DNA of 64,000 nt from Theionarchaea archaeon (GCA_018992685.1 JACVGT010000008.1:67414-131413); one strand, 5' to 3'; counted from the first letter of the stretch, positions 48,329-59,066 are shown. Notes: generated from the letters alone by a model not told the origin. Translations and numbers: made by a program.

Positions 48329-49627
48329 TTATGATATGGCGTTCCTTTCAGGGGGGAACGTCTCATACTCTCTGGTATCCACCACCTCTTTTAGGTTCTG
48401 GACAACCCGCCAGATCTCATGATACGTGGTATACAGGGGGATGGGGGCCACGCGGATAACATCAGGAGGGCGAAAATCAGGAATAACGCCCCTGACCTTT
48501 AAGGCTTCGCAGATCCTCATGGCTTCCTCATGTTCTAAAGCGACGTGACCTCCCCTCCTGGCGGGCTCACGAGGTGTGCCGATTCTCACCGTTGAGGGAC
48601 CATCAGCCAGAATCTCATCCACCAGATACATGAGATAGGATGTCATCATGAGAGACTTTCTGCGGATGTTCTCGATCCCCGCTTGAAGGATGATGTCGAG
48701 AGCACCCTCCAGAGGAGCTGAAGACAGAATAGATGGTGATGAGATCTGCCACCCTCCTGCAGACTGTGCGTGTTCGAACTCCAGGTTCATGTCAAATTGC
48801 TTTTCCTTCACATATCCGAACCAGCCTGCAAGAGCAGGTTCCTTCTGAAGATGAGCTTTATTCACATACAGAAAAGCTGTGCTTCCCGGTCCTCCATTCA
48901 TGTACTTGTAACTGCACCAGAAGGCGAAGTCCACGCCCCACTCGTCAAAATAGTGGGGAACTACACCCACTGAGTGAGAACAGTCAAATCCAATGGGAAT
49001 CCCCCTCTTGTGGGCCTCCTCTGTGAGGTACTTGATATCCAGGAGCTGTCCACTGCGGTACAGAACACTGGGAAGACACACCAGGGCCACGTCATCTGTC
49101 ATCATTCCCACAATCGTCTGTTCATCAAGATACCGCCCATCGTCACTGGGGGCCAGAACCAGGTCACGTTCAGGATCGTGCCCTTTTAGCCGTATCTGGC
49201 TTCGTAGTGCGTAGATATCAGTGGGAAAATTGAGTTCGTCTGCCAGAATCGTGGTTCTCCCGTGGTGGGGCTGGTAAAATGTACTCACCAGTGCATGCAG
49301 GTTGATTGTAGTAGTCCCGGTGGCCACCACTTCCTCTGGGAGAGCTCCCACCAACCCACGTGCCTTGGCACCCAGGGACTCAGCATAGTAGAACCAGGGA
49401 GGATTACCCTCCAGCCACCCTCCAATTCCCAGGGTCTTCCACTCATCCAGGACTCTCTGAACACCTTGTCGAGCATTTCTGGACTGAAGCCCCAGGGAAT
49501 TGCCATCCATGTAGATCTTTGACTCCGGGATGAAGAAGTGATCTCGAAATGACAGGGGGTCATCTCTGTCCAGAGTTCTTGCAAACTCTTCGTCTGTCCT
49601 GAACTGGTATTCGATTTCTTCTCTCAC
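48329..49627 (-). CDS. kynU: Kynureninase
   Basis: YMDGNSLG, NFPTD, FDCSHSVG, WCSYKYMNGGPG, GWFG, DFRPPDVIR. Confidence 0.95.
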   Translation of the reverse strand: MREEIEYQFRTDEEFARTLDRDDPLSFRDHFFIPESKIYMDGNSLGLQSRNARQGVQRVLDEWKTLGIGGWLEGNPPWFYYAESLGAKARGLVGALPEEVVATGTTTINLHALVSTFYQPHHGRTTILADELNFPTDIYALRSQIRLKGHDPERDLVLAPSDDGRYLDEQTIVGMMTDDVALVCLPSVLYRSGQLLDIKYLTEEAHKRGIPIGFDCSHSVGVVPHYFDEWGVDFAFWCSYKYMNGGPGSTAFLYVNKAHLQKEPALAGWFGYVKEKQFDMNLEFEHAQSAGGWQISSPSILSSAPLEGALDIILQAGIENIRRKSLMMTSYLMYLVDEILADGPSTVRIGTPREPARRGGHVALEHEEAMRICEALKVRGVIPDFRPPDVIRVAPIPLYTTYHEIWRVVQNLKEVVDTREYETFPPERNAIS

Positions 49628-49732
49628 CTCGTGTGATTTGACGGTTGGTTAATAAGGTTGTTGGTCCGGGTCTGGGTCGGGAGGTTCACATGTGGACTGG
49701 ACAGGTACAACAACCAGCATCCCCATTCAGAG

Positions 49733-50944
49733 CTAGACCCTGGAGGCTGATCTCCCCACAACGTCCCGAATCCCTTCAGAAATCAGGAAAGAGCCCAGTA
49801 CCATGTATGCGATGGCCAGCCCTGGAGGTAGAATCGTCCACCAGGTCATGGTCCTCTTGGTAGCCACAAAGGTGAAGGAAAGCATCTGACCCCAGGTCAA
49901 GACGTGAACATTCCCCAGCCCCAAGAAATTGACAGTAGCTTCAAGTGAAAGGGCAAAAGCCACCCCAATCGTCATATAGAGAAAGGTCAAGTGTTGCACG
50001 TTGGGCAGTATGTGCCTGAAGATAATCCGGGCAGGACCTGCTCCACTGACCTGGGCTGCTTCGATGAAGGTTCTGGTCTTCAAACTCTTTACCTCAGCCC
50101 GGATAGCCCTGGCTGCTGTTGGCCACAAGCAGATGGACACTCCCAAAATCAAGGCGAGGTTGATTTCTGTGGGTCCCCAGGAGTGGACAATCAAAGCCAC
50201 AAACGGGATGCTGGGAAATAGGAGAAGGGTTACACTGACCCGCTGCAAAATGGTATCGACAATTCCTCCGTAGTACCCTGCAATCAATCCCACCAGAGTG
50301 CCCAGAAGACCAATAGCCCCGGCTGATGGGAATGAGATCAGCACAGCGTTCCGGAACCCCCATATGATCTGACTGAATACATCTCTCCCCAGCACATCAG
50401 TCCCCAGGGGAAATTCCCAGGTGGGGGAATGGTTGACAAATGCGGGATCCTCCACAAGGTAGCGGATTGGGTCATGCAGAACGAGGTATGGAGATAGGAC
50501 AGCTATTACCACTGCTGCAATGAGCATTATGACCCCTATCATTCCTTTCTTAGTGTGCAGAAATCGCCTGAGCAAGCCCACCCGATCATACTCAATCCTC
50601 ACAGGCCTCCCATCGATGATGGTAAACCTGGGTGCCAGCTCCCGGTAAACAGGAGGGCTGGCAGCCCTGGAGTGCGCGTCAAAAAAGGGAACCTCCATAT
50701 CCAAGTCGTTAGCAGACCAGAAGGGTTTCCGTATGGTGCGGGGCAGCACGCGGTTCACCTTGTACGTGTGAGGCATTCCCCGTACCATGCGAAAGAGGGT
50801 TGTTTCTCCCTTGCAGGAGGGGCAATCCTTGTTGTGGTACAAGTACGTCCTGATACAGTCAGTATGAAACACTGCACTGCAGTACCCACAGTGCCTCGAA
50901 TCTCCTTCGTCAACAATTTCCGTGCCACACAACCTGCATCTCAT
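49733..50944 (-). CDS. DppC/OppC-type ABC permease with N-terminal C4HC3 RING-like finger
   Basis: PLGTDVLGRD, EAA loop FIEAAQVSGA...IIFRHILPN. N-terminal Cx2C-x12-Cx2C-x4-Hx2C-x10-Cx2C. Confidence 0.88.
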   Translation of the reverse strand: MRCRLCGTEIVDEGDSRHCGYCSAVFHTDCIRTYLYHNKDCPSCKGETTLFRMVRGMPHTYKVNRVLPRTIRKPFWSANDLDMEVPFFDAHSRAASPPVYRELAPRFTIIDGRPVRIEYDRVGLLRRFLHTKKGMIGVIMLIAAVVIAVLSPYLVLHDPIRYLVEDPAFVNHSPTWEFPLGTDVLGRDVFSQIIWGFRNAVLISFPSAGAIGLLGTLVGLIAGYYGGIVDTILQRVSVTLLLFPSIPFVALIVHSWGPTEINLALILGVSICLWPTAARAIRAEVKSLKTRTFIEAAQVSGAGPARIIFRHILPNVQHLTFLYMTIGVAFALSLEATVNFLGLGNVHVLTWGQMLSFTFVATKRTMTWWTILPPGLAIAYMVLGSFLISEGIRDVVGRSASRV

Positions 50945-51939
50945 TAACTCACCCTGGGATCTAGATAGGCACACACCACATCTGCCACAAGGAGCAATGA
51001 CAGCAAGGTGAGAGTCAGGAGAAAGATGGAACAGGACACAACAGGACTGTCAAGATACTTCAATGCTTCAAAGAGAGCCAGTCCGATACCGGGCCATGAA
51101 AACACGTATTCAATGATAATCCCACCACTGACGATCAGCGCCAGGTTTACTGCAGCGTCATTCAGCAGGGGAAGCAGAGCACACCGGGCAATGTGCTTTG
51201 AGTATACATCGTTCTCACTCAGCCCCTTGGCCCGGGCTGTGGTCACGAAGGGTTCATCAGCCAGGGTAGCCATCTGTTCTCTGATGAGGAGCAGAGGTCT
51301 GGCCAGTCCCACCATCACCAGGATTGCCAGAGGCAGGACCATGGAGGGAAGCAGTGTTCCCATGTTCCCGATGAAGTCCATGTCACCCAGGCTGCGTACG
51401 TGACCGTCCATGAAAGAGACGGCTATACTCACAGGAGGCAGGACCTCGTATCTGAACACAAGCCACGTTTTGAAGATGATGGCAAGCACAAAGACAGGAA
51501 GCGCATACAGTGCAATGGAGATTCCAGCAATCACGTTCTCTACGGATTTGTTCTTCCGGGCCAGCACCCTGATGCCAACGACGGTACCCAGTACGTACGT
51601 GAGAATCGTGCTTGTCCCAAAGAGAAGGAGTGTATACGGAAGCAGCGGAAGAAGGAGATCCACAGCCGTGTACTCCTGGTCTTCATACAACGTGTAGTTG
51701 AACGTGAACACGTTCTTCATGTAGAGGATGTACCTCTCATACAGTGGTCTTGTCAGGCCCCATGCCTCGCGTATCTGGTCCTGCACTTCCTTGGAGGCAA
51801 GGCCATACCGCCTTAGGACAGGGTCGCCGCCAGGTACTGAATTCATCAGAATGAATACAATGGTCATAATGAGGAATATGGTAATCAGGCTCCCTGCTGC
51901 TTTCTTTCCGGCAAAAACCAGAAGTCTTGACCAGCTCAT
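50944..51939 (-). CDS. DppB/OppB-type ABC permease
   Basis: PGGDP, GLTRPLYERY, FVTTARAKGL, IIEYVFSWPGIG. Confidence 0.9.
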   Translation of the reverse strand: MSWSRLLVFAGKKAAGSLITIFLIMTIVFILMNSVPGGDPVLRRYGLASKEVQDQIREAWGLTRPLYERYILYMKNVFTFNYTLYEDQEYTAVDLLLPLLPYTLLLFGTSTILTYVLGTVVGIRVLARKNKSVENVIAGISIALYALPVFVLAIIFKTWLVFRYEVLPPVSIAVSFMDGHVRSLGDMDFIGNMGTLLPSMVLPLAILVMVGLARPLLLIREQMATLADEPFVTTARAKGLSENDVYSKHIARCALLPLLNDAAVNLALIVSGGIIIEYVFSWPGIGLALFEALKYLDSPVVSCSIFLLTLTLLSLLLVADVVCAYLDPRVS

Positions 51940-52208
51940 TCAGGTATATTGCCCACAGTTCCTATATAAAGCTTGTTATGACAGCTGATAATAGCTACTT
52001 AGCCGTTATAGTACGAAGAGACCACATATGTGATACTGTAAGATACAGAGGGATATTAAATGTTGTGTCCTCTGCAGGAGGCACCTGCTCATCTGCCTGT
52101 CGGTGGGAATGCATTCTTCTCCTCTCTGCGGTAGAATGTGTAGAAGACATGAAGCTTCACCGCAATTACCCCACAAAGTGTTAAAACCTCTGGGCTCAGG
52201 GAATACCT

Positions 52209-54269
52209 ATGGAGCAGTACAACCTGCAGGGACTGTCATGCGCAGACTGTGCATACGACCTGGAAAAAGAACTTTCTCAGATGGATTCAGTGAACGCAGT
52301 CCATATCAACGTCGCCACAGGCATATTGTCCATAGACTGCCAAGATTTTGATGAGGTCACACGAAAAATCAGGGAAATAGCTCCTGAGGTCACCATCACC
52401 AGATCACAGGAGGGATCAGATCTCCGCAGGAATCGTACTCTCATCCTGATGTCTCTTGTTCTTTTTGTGTGCGGCCTGCTCTTCAGAGAAAGGCTCCATC
52501 AGACTCCCTATTCGTGGGCTGAATACGCTGTATTTCTGACTGCCTACGTCCTGGTGGGAAGGACTGTACTCAGGAACGCTGTCCTGAATTCAGTGAAGGG
52601 CCGCGTATTTGACGAGAACTTCTTGATGACCGTTGCCACGGTGGGAGCGATCCTGATCCATCAACTCCCTGAAGCTGCAGGGGTCATGCTCTTCTTCTCG
52701 GTAGGAGAGCATTTCGAGGATCTTTCTGTCAATAGATCCCGGAAATCTGTCAGAGCACTTCTGAGCCTTCGTCCTGATTCTGCTACCCTCAAGAATGGTG
52801 ATACGACACAGCAGGTTGATCCCCGTGAGGTTCATGTTGGAGATATGATTATGGTGGCTCCTGGCGAGAGAGTCCCCCTGGACGGTGTCATACTTGAAGG
52901 ACACTCCACGATGGATACCTCCGCATTGACAGGAGAGAGTATTCCCCGGGAGGTCAAGGGAGGAGACACTGTGCTGGCAGGAATGATAAACAAGACGGGT
53001 GCCATCACGGTACGAGTCCTGAAGCCCTTTGGAGAATCATCCATGTCCCGTATCCTGGACCTGGTGGAACACGCTGCAGCTCGCAAGGCAGAACCTGAGA
53101 AGTTCATTACACGGTTTGCCAGAGTGTACACTCCTGCCGTGGTGGGTGCAGCACTGTGTGTGGCAGTGGTCCCTCCCGTAGTACTGGGCGTTTCGTTTCA
53201 CGACTGGACCTACAGGGCTCTGGTTCTCCTGGTTATTTCCTGTCCCTGTGCCCTGGTCATCTCTATACCGCTGGGCTATTTCGGAGGCATTGGAAAGGCT
53301 TCCCGGGACGGCATACTCATAAAGGGAGCAAATTTCCTTGATGCTCTTACCGAAGTACAGGTGGTCGTTTTTGACAAGACAGGCACTCTGACCGAGGGGA
53401 CTTTCACTGTTTCCCAGGTGGTCCCCGCTAACGGATTCACTGAGGAAGAAGTCCTGAGACATGCGGCATTGACAGAACAGTATTCTTCCCACCCCATTGC
53501 CCGGTCAATTGTGGAGGGGTACCCGTACGACACAGGAGAGACGGTAACAGCCTACCAGGAAGTTCCTGCCCGCGGTGTCAAGGCTGTGGTGAGTGGGAAT
53601 ACCGTATTTGTGGGTAATGACAGACAGCTCCATGAGGAGATGATATCCCACGATACCTGTCATGTGGAGGGGACAGTGGCGCACGTCACAGTAAATGGGG
53701 TATATGCAGGGTATATACTCATCAGTGACGAAATACGAGAAGATGCGCACGAGACGGTCGAAACCCTCAGGAAGATGGGTATCACAACTATCATGCTCAC
53801 GGGGGACAGCAATGATGCAGCTGAATGTGTTGCACAAACCCTGGGAATCCTGAAGTTCTATAGTGAACTCTTACCTGAAGAAAAAGTTGAGAAACTAGAA
53901 GAGATGAAGAAGAGTCTTCCACACGGGAAAAAGAACATTGCCTTTGTTGGAGACGGCATAAATGATGCTCCAGTGATTGCCCGGGCTGATATCGGCATTG
54001 CCATGGGAGCTCTTGGAAGTGACGCAGCAGTGGAGACTGCAGACATGGTGATCATGACCGATTCTCTCCACAAGGTGGCAGAAGCAATCTCCATTGCCAG
54101 AAAGACCAGCGGAATCGTGTGGCAGAATATTGTACTGGTCCTGGGAGTCAAGGGCGTGTTTATTCTCATGGGTATACTGGGTATAGCCACCATGTGGGAA
54201 GCAGTATTTGCCGATGTCGGAGTGGCCCTCATGGCTGTGTTCAATGCTGCCCGGGTCCTCAGGATATGA
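52209..54269 (+). CDS. cadA: Heavy-metal P1B-type ATPase (Zn/Cd type)
   Basis: HMA CADC, LTGES, SCPCAL, DKTGT, HP, GDGINDAP, WEAVFADVG. Confidence 0.92.
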   Translation: MEQYNLQGLSCADCAYDLEKELSQMDSVNAVHINVATGILSIDCQDFDEVTRKIREIAPEVTITRSQEGSDLRRNRTLILMSLVLFVCGLLFRERLHQTPYSWAEYAVFLTAYVLVGRTVLRNAVLNSVKGRVFDENFLMTVATVGAILIHQLPEAAGVMLFFSVGEHFEDLSVNRSRKSVRALLSLRPDSATLKNGDTTQQVDPREVHVGDMIMVAPGERVPLDGVILEGHSTMDTSALTGESIPREVKGGDTVLAGMINKTGAITVRVLKPFGESSMSRILDLVEHAAARKAEPEKFITRFARVYTPAVVGAALCVAVVPPVVLGVSFHDWTYRALVLLVISCPCALVISIPLGYFGGIGKASRDGILIKGANFLDALTEVQVVVFDKTGTLTEGTFTVSQVVPANGFTEEEVLRHAALTEQYSSHPIARSIVEGYPYDTGETVTAYQEVPARGVKAVVSGNTVFVGNDRQLHEEMISHDTCHVEGTVAHVTVNGVYAGYILISDEIREDAHETVETLRKMGITTIMLTGDSNDAAECVAQTLGILKFYSELLPEEKVEKLEEMKKSLPHGKKNIAFVGDGINDAPVIARADIGIAMGALGSDAAVETADMVIMTDSLHKVAEAISIARKTSGIVWQNIVLVLGVKGVFILMGILGIATMWEAVFADVGVALMAVFNAARVLRI

Positions 54270-54361
54270 CCCCTGTAAGATGAGAGCACATATGCCGGCA
54301 TCCAGCCCCTCTGATGAACCATCTCAACCCCTTGTACAGGCAATAATAGCCATTCTATCAT

Positions 54362-54414
54362 ATTGTAAACTACTTTACAATGCAAAGCTTTATAAAGTGT
54401 AGACTACATTACAC
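54362..54414 (+). promoter_or_regulatory. TATA box flanked by two similar inverted-repeat operators
   Basis: TGTAAACTACTTTACA (54364-54379) and TGTAGACTACATTACA (54398-54413) either side of CTTTATAAA. Confidence 0.65.
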
Positions 54415-54430
54415 AGTAAGGTGACAGAAC

Positions 54431-55069
54431 ATGACACCAGAAATGAACCTCAAGGAAATGGAGAGAAAGGCATGGACTGCCTATTTTGATGACGGCATCC
54501 TGGACATTACTGTAGGACTCTTTGTACTTGCCTTCGGAATCGGCATGACGACACAGTATGCTACAGTAGCAGCTTTTGCCTGGATGGCTGTTTTCTTCTT
54601 TGGAGCTGCTAAGAAATCCATAACGTTGCCACGGGTTGGCCTGGTGAAATTCAGCCCGGAAAGAGAAGAGAGAATGAAGAAGGAGATATCATTCTTTGTC
54701 ATTTTCTTCTCTATGACTGCCCTCATAGGGCTGGCATTCTTCCTGACACTCACCACTGACCTCCCACAAACCATCAGGACGCTTGTGGGAGAAATGGCAC
54801 TGGTGGGCTATGAACTGATCATTGCTGTGGGAATCCTCCTGGTTGGATACTGGAAGCAGATAAAACGGTTCTACCTGTATGGGGGGTTCTTCCTGATCGT
54901 CATAGTGGCGGGATTACTCATAGATCTTCCCGAGGCCAATCCGTTGACCATCATGATGTACGAGTTCACTGGAACAGGAGTATTGATCCTTCTCGGGGGA
55001 TTCGTTGTCCTTGCCCGCTTCTTCAGGAGATATCCACGACAAGAGGGCGGAGGATATGTCAGCAGATGA
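54431..55069 (+). CDS. Membrane protein co-transcribed with a regulator
   Basis: About 6 TM helices, SD AGGTGA, overlaps the next gene. Confidence 0.75.
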   Translation: MTPEMNLKEMERKAWTAYFDDGILDITVGLFVLAFGIGMTTQYATVAAFAWMAVFFFGAAKKSITLPRVGLVKFSPEREERMKKEISFFVIFFSMTALIGLAFFLTLTTDLPQTIRTLVGEMALVGYELIIAVGILLVGYWKQIKRFYLYGGFFLIVIVAGLLIDLPEANPLTIMMYEFTGTGVLILLGGFVVLARFFRRYPRQEGGGYVSR

Positions 55070-55388
55070 CGGAGATGACCTGCGGCACATCTCGGGAATC
55101 GACAAACTCATCCATGAACCCGCCAGGCTCGCCATCATGGCACAGCTCTACATTGTCCAGAGTGCAGACTTCCTTTTCCTTCTTCCCCAGACGAGACTGA
55201 CCACGGGAAACCTATCGAGGCACATCAGCAAACTGGAAGAGGCAGGATATGTCAGAGTGGAGAAGGAATTCGTCAACAGGAAGCCCCATACCATCGTGCA
55301 ACTGACAGAAGCAGGTAGAGCAGTCTTCAGGGAGTACATAGAAACCATGAAGCACATCATGAACGGACTGTCTGAAGGCAAGTCATAG
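55056..55388 (+). CDS. Winged-helix transcriptional regulator (MarR/HTH_34-like)
   Basis: IDKLIHEPARLAIM, LTTGNLSRHISKLEEAGYV, LTEAGR. Confidence 0.88.
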   Translation: MSADDGDDLRHISGIDKLIHEPARLAIMAQLYIVQSADFLFLLPQTRLTTGNLSRHISKLEEAGYVRVEKEFVNRKPHTIVQLTEAGRAVFREYIETMKHIMNGLSEGKS

Positions 55389-55492
55389 GCTCTTTTTCTT
55401 TTCTTCTCTGATATGGAGACGCACCATGCTATCGACAGGACAGAAAGGTAGCTCTGTGGCCTAGGATAGTCCTCTTCCACCCATAGGGTGTT

Positions 55493-56614
55493 TCATTGCG
55501 GCCTTGTTTCTTCAATTTGTGTTGAGACCAGCAGGCTCATGACTGCAAAGATTGAGGCAGCCATGAAAGCATTTTTCGGGCCTATGGCGTCTGCCAGATT
55601 CCCCCCCACAAGTCCTCCCATAAAATTGCCGAGTCCAATAGATGAATTCAGAATCCCTACCCCTCTTCCTCGTTCTTTCTCTGAAGTTAGATCTGATACA
55701 GCAGAGGTAGAAGCAATAATGAAGAGGGCGTAGAATGGAAGAATCCACAGGATGATCTTCACCACCACATTCTCAACCAGACCAATGCCCATCCACATGA
55801 CAATGTACAGAAGTGGTGTGGCCAGCAACAGGGGGCGACGCCCAACCCTGTCACAAGCCCGCCCGGCTGCATCTGCCACCAGCAGAAAGGTCAGGCTGGT
55901 CAGTGAACTGACATACCCGATAATCTCTCTGGATACCCCAATGTTGCTCAGGTGCACATTAAAAATGGAGGAGGGAATGGTTCCTCCTGTCATCAGAATC
56001 ACAGCATATAAACACAAGATGAGTATCTTCCTGTGTTCTCCGAACACCAAGATCTGTCTGAACCCTTTTGTATCCTTTTCCCTTGGTAAATCCTTGACGA
56101 AAAAGAAGATACCACAGAACAGTAATGATAGAATACCAATACTTCCAAAGAATACATCAAATCCCAAGTTGGCAGCGTGGCCAGAGAGAACACCTCCAAT
56201 AGTCCATCCGATACCGGTAGCCACATTGTATTGCCCTAAAGCTCTCCCCTTTGAAGAGGGAAAATACTCTGTAATCATGGCAGGTATCAATATGTATGAG
56301 GAATAGAAAAAGGTCTGTACACATCTTAGAACCAGCAATCCGGAAATTCCCACGTAGGGAAACACAAAATACATGGCAGAGGCCACCACGTTCGAGGTAA
56401 TAATGATTGATTTTCTAGTTCCCAGCCGGTCTGATACGGTACCCCACCCAAAGTTCATGGCTACCATGATCACAGCAGGCAGGGAGAAGATGTATCCTGC
56501 ATAGGCAAACTTCCCGCTGATCTCATACGCATATATGGGAAGGAGGGGGAATAACATTCCCTGGGTTATGCTGAGCACCAGAGATGAGATGAGGACTTTG
56601 AAATAATTATCCAT
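55493..56614 (-). CDS. MFS transporter
   Basis: GTVSDRLGTRK, GRACDRVGRR, about 12 TM. Confidence 0.88.
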   Translation of the reverse strand: MDNYFKVLISSLVLSITQGMLFPLLPIYAYEISGKFAYAGYIFSLPAVIMVAMNFGWGTVSDRLGTRKSIIITSNVVASAMYFVFPYVGISGLLVLRCVQTFFYSSYILIPAMITEYFPSSKGRALGQYNVATGIGWTIGGVLSGHAANLGFDVFFGSIGILSLLFCGIFFFVKDLPREKDTKGFRQILVFGEHRKILILCLYAVILMTGGTIPSSIFNVHLSNIGVSREIIGYVSSLTSLTFLLVADAAGRACDRVGRRPLLLATPLLYIVMWMGIGLVENVVVKIILWILPFYALFIIASTSAVSDLTSEKERGRGVGILNSSIGLGNFMGGLVGGNLADAIGPKNAFMAASIFAVMSLLVSTQIEETRPQ

Positions 56615-56701
56615 GAAACTATGTTCTAAATCGCCTTAAAAGAGTATCTCAACTGCACGGTGTCACAAGCGGGAAGATATCCATGCAGCAACCCCAGCAG
56701 A

Positions 56702-57508
56702 CTAGAGGACCTCCCGGGGGTCAATCCTGTGGGGCATTTCAAACTGAATCCCTTCATCTGTCTTGTAGTAAAGAAGTCCTGTTCTGATGGTCGTGTGGGG
56801 AATGACCTTGAAGTTGAAGGTCGTCCTTTCCATCTTGATGAACCGCATCCTGGTAACCAGCTCTGTTCCCCGTTCCAGTTCCACGAATCGGATGACACCG
56901 TCTGCCAGATCAGAAATGGTAGCCACCGTCCTGGCGTCATGCACGCCGTCCACCAGCAGCAGGAAGTACACACCTCCATAGATCTGTACGCAGTAGTGCA
57001 TGTTCTCCAGAAACTTGAGAATCTGGGCTACTTCATTTGTCCTCAAGAGATACGACAGGTTGTCCAGCACTCCTCGTACTTCTCCGTTCATCACCTTCAT
57101 CTTGTCTTTGACGAATATTTCCAGCCTCTTTAAGGTATCTATCCTCCAAAAAGGGTCATTCTCAAAGTCAATCTTACCTGCAGGAACCAGGTTATGCTCT
57201 ACGGCGAATTCCTTGAGACGAGCACTGTAATCATCGACAAAGGTGAGCCGTCCGGATGAGTAGTAATCCTCCACTCGACCGTCGATCCGTTTCATGGCCT
57301 GGAGAATTTCCTTTGCCGTCCTCTTCAGTGTGAAGTACACACCATTCGAGCCATTTGACAGGCCATAGCACATGAACTGCTGGGCAAACTCCTCGAACCC
57401 ACAGCCAGGGAATCCTTGAATCACAATAAGTGAACCATCAGGGAATCCTCCCCCCAGAAGATTGTCTAGAATGCGAATGCCAGCCGGAAGGAGCTTCATA
57501 CTGCCCAT
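56702..57508 (-). CDS. KaiC/RAD55-like RecA-fold protein with degenerate Walker A
   Basis: GIRILDNLLGGGFP, GFPGCGFE (no Lys), LDNLS, LADGVI, KMER. Start uncertain (57499 or 57508). Confidence 0.8.
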   Translation of the reverse strand: MGSMKLLPAGIRILDNLLGGGFPDGSLIVIQGFPGCGFEEFAQQFMCYGLSNGSNGVYFTLKRTAKEILQAMKRIDGRVEDYYSSGRLTFVDDYSARLKEFAVEHNLVPAGKIDFENDPFWRIDTLKRLEIFVKDKMKVMNGEVRGVLDNLSYLLRTNEVAQILKFLENMHYCVQIYGGVYFLLLVDGVHDARTVATISDLADGVIRFVELERGTELVTRMRFIKMERTTFNFKVIPHTTIRTGLLYYKTDEGIQFEMPHRIDPREVL

Positions 57509-57659
57509 AGAGGGCTGCAACCTTATAAGCTTTGCTCTGCTGATTTCGTCTTTGTACAACAGGGGAAAGAGACTGGATGTCCTGCTGGATTAGAAAGAGT
57601 TATAAGCATGGCATTCATGATGTAGTATTCCTGAACCATGGTGGCAGAACCGAGAGCAG

Positions 57660-59066
57660 GTGGATACCATGCAACATAATAACAGTACTCCAGAATCCCC
57701 AAAAGGGATGAGCCATGTGCGATACCTCATGGTGGCCTGGATTCTCTTCTTCATACTAGTAGCTCTTATGACGATCATGTTCGTAGGTCTCATTGGAGGT
57801 CCGTCAATGGTGAGGAGCCTTCTTCTGGTATCTGTCATTTTTGTGATCGTCATACCTGTGGCCTGGCTGGCTGAAAGGCTCCTGGTACAGAAAGTGGATC
57901 AGACTGGAGACCACATCATAATCGGGAGGGATGCCATTCCCTGGTCCAAGGTCGACCGGATTGCTTTGAAGAAAAGTGAAATGGAAAATACCTATCTTGT
58001 CCTCTATTTCAGGGATGGGACATTGCCGAAAAGCTTTGATACAATGTTCTTTGATGGCCAGAAATATTCCATAGACCTGCTGAAAGAAAAAGCCGGAGAA
58101 AAGGGCCTTGGGTTTACGATTGAGGAAGGTATTGCCATTGAAGAAGTCATTCCTTCACGGGTACCCTTCCCCAAATCGACCCCGCTCCTGCACGAGATGA
58201 AAGTGCAACATGAACGACAGAAGAAGATTCGGGACGAGAACCTCACGAGGGAGGGGGAGAAGAAAGAGGGGGAACCGCTCATACAGATACCCTCCTGGAT
58301 GAAACACCCCTGGATAAAACCTCTGATAATGGCAGGGCTAGCAGGTTCTTTCTTCGTGGGATTCTCTCTCATGTTCGGCTTTCGGTTTTCAGCCGCTCTT
58401 TTCATGGTGGTCCTGGTGCACGAACTGGGGCATCTCATAGCAATGAAACTGTTTCACTTGAAAACGCAGGGGATATTCTTCATACCTTTTCTAGGGGCAG
58501 GTACTGCATCTAAGGAACCGTTCCCCTCACCGGAAGTTGAAGCTGTGGTGGCATTGGCAGGACCAGTACTGGGACTTTCTTGGAATATCGGTGAACACTT
58601 CTTGGATTCGTCTTTTGCTCTTAAGCTCGGGTCGTACGGCGTATCTATAGCTCTGGCATTCTCTTTAGTTCTCTTTCTGGAATGGGCAGTAGTCATTAAT
58701 TTGGCGCTGAACCTCCTAAACCTCTTGCCTGTTCTTCCTTTAGATGGTGGCAGGATTGTACGAGTTGCTCTGCTGAGAGGAAGAAAGAGTCTGATCCCCG
58801 TAGGTATCATAACCGTTGGAAGTGGTGTAGCGCTGATGGTTCTTTTCAAAAACGCAATTCTTCTTTTCATAGTCTTGCTGGGAGGATCTTCTCTGTGGCT
58901 GAACTACAGGAGGATCCAGACAAGAGAGGTTAGCCCTCCAGCAAAATGGAAGAGTGCCGTGATCCTGGGAGCCTGGATAGGTGTCATACTGTTGTGCTGG
59001 TATACTGTCCCTGACTCATGCAGGGCGTTGCTGTCATCGATATTTGAGGAAGAATTCTTCCTGTAG
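57660..59066 (+). CDS. Site-2 protease (M50) with N-terminal extension
   Basis: HELGH, ALAGP, NLLPVLPLDGG. Confidence 0.88.
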   Translation: MDTMQHNNSTPESPKGMSHVRYLMVAWILFFILVALMTIMFVGLIGGPSMVRSLLLVSVIFVIVIPVAWLAERLLVQKVDQTGDHIIIGRDAIPWSKVDRIALKKSEMENTYLVLYFRDGTLPKSFDTMFFDGQKYSIDLLKEKAGEKGLGFTIEEGIAIEEVIPSRVPFPKSTPLLHEMKVQHERQKKIRDENLTREGEKKEGEPLIQIPSWMKHPWIKPLIMAGLAGSFFVGFSLMFGFRFSAALFMVVLVHELGHLIAMKLFHLKTQGIFFIPFLGAGTASKEPFPSPEVEAVVALAGPVLGLSWNIGEHFLDSSFALKLGSYGVSIALAFSLVLFLEWAVVINLALNLLNLLPVLPLDGGRIVRVALLRGRKSLIPVGIITVGSGVALMVLFKNAILLFIVLLGGSSLWLNYRRIQTREVSPPAKWKSAVILGAWIGVILLCWYTVPDSCRALLSSIFEEEFFL

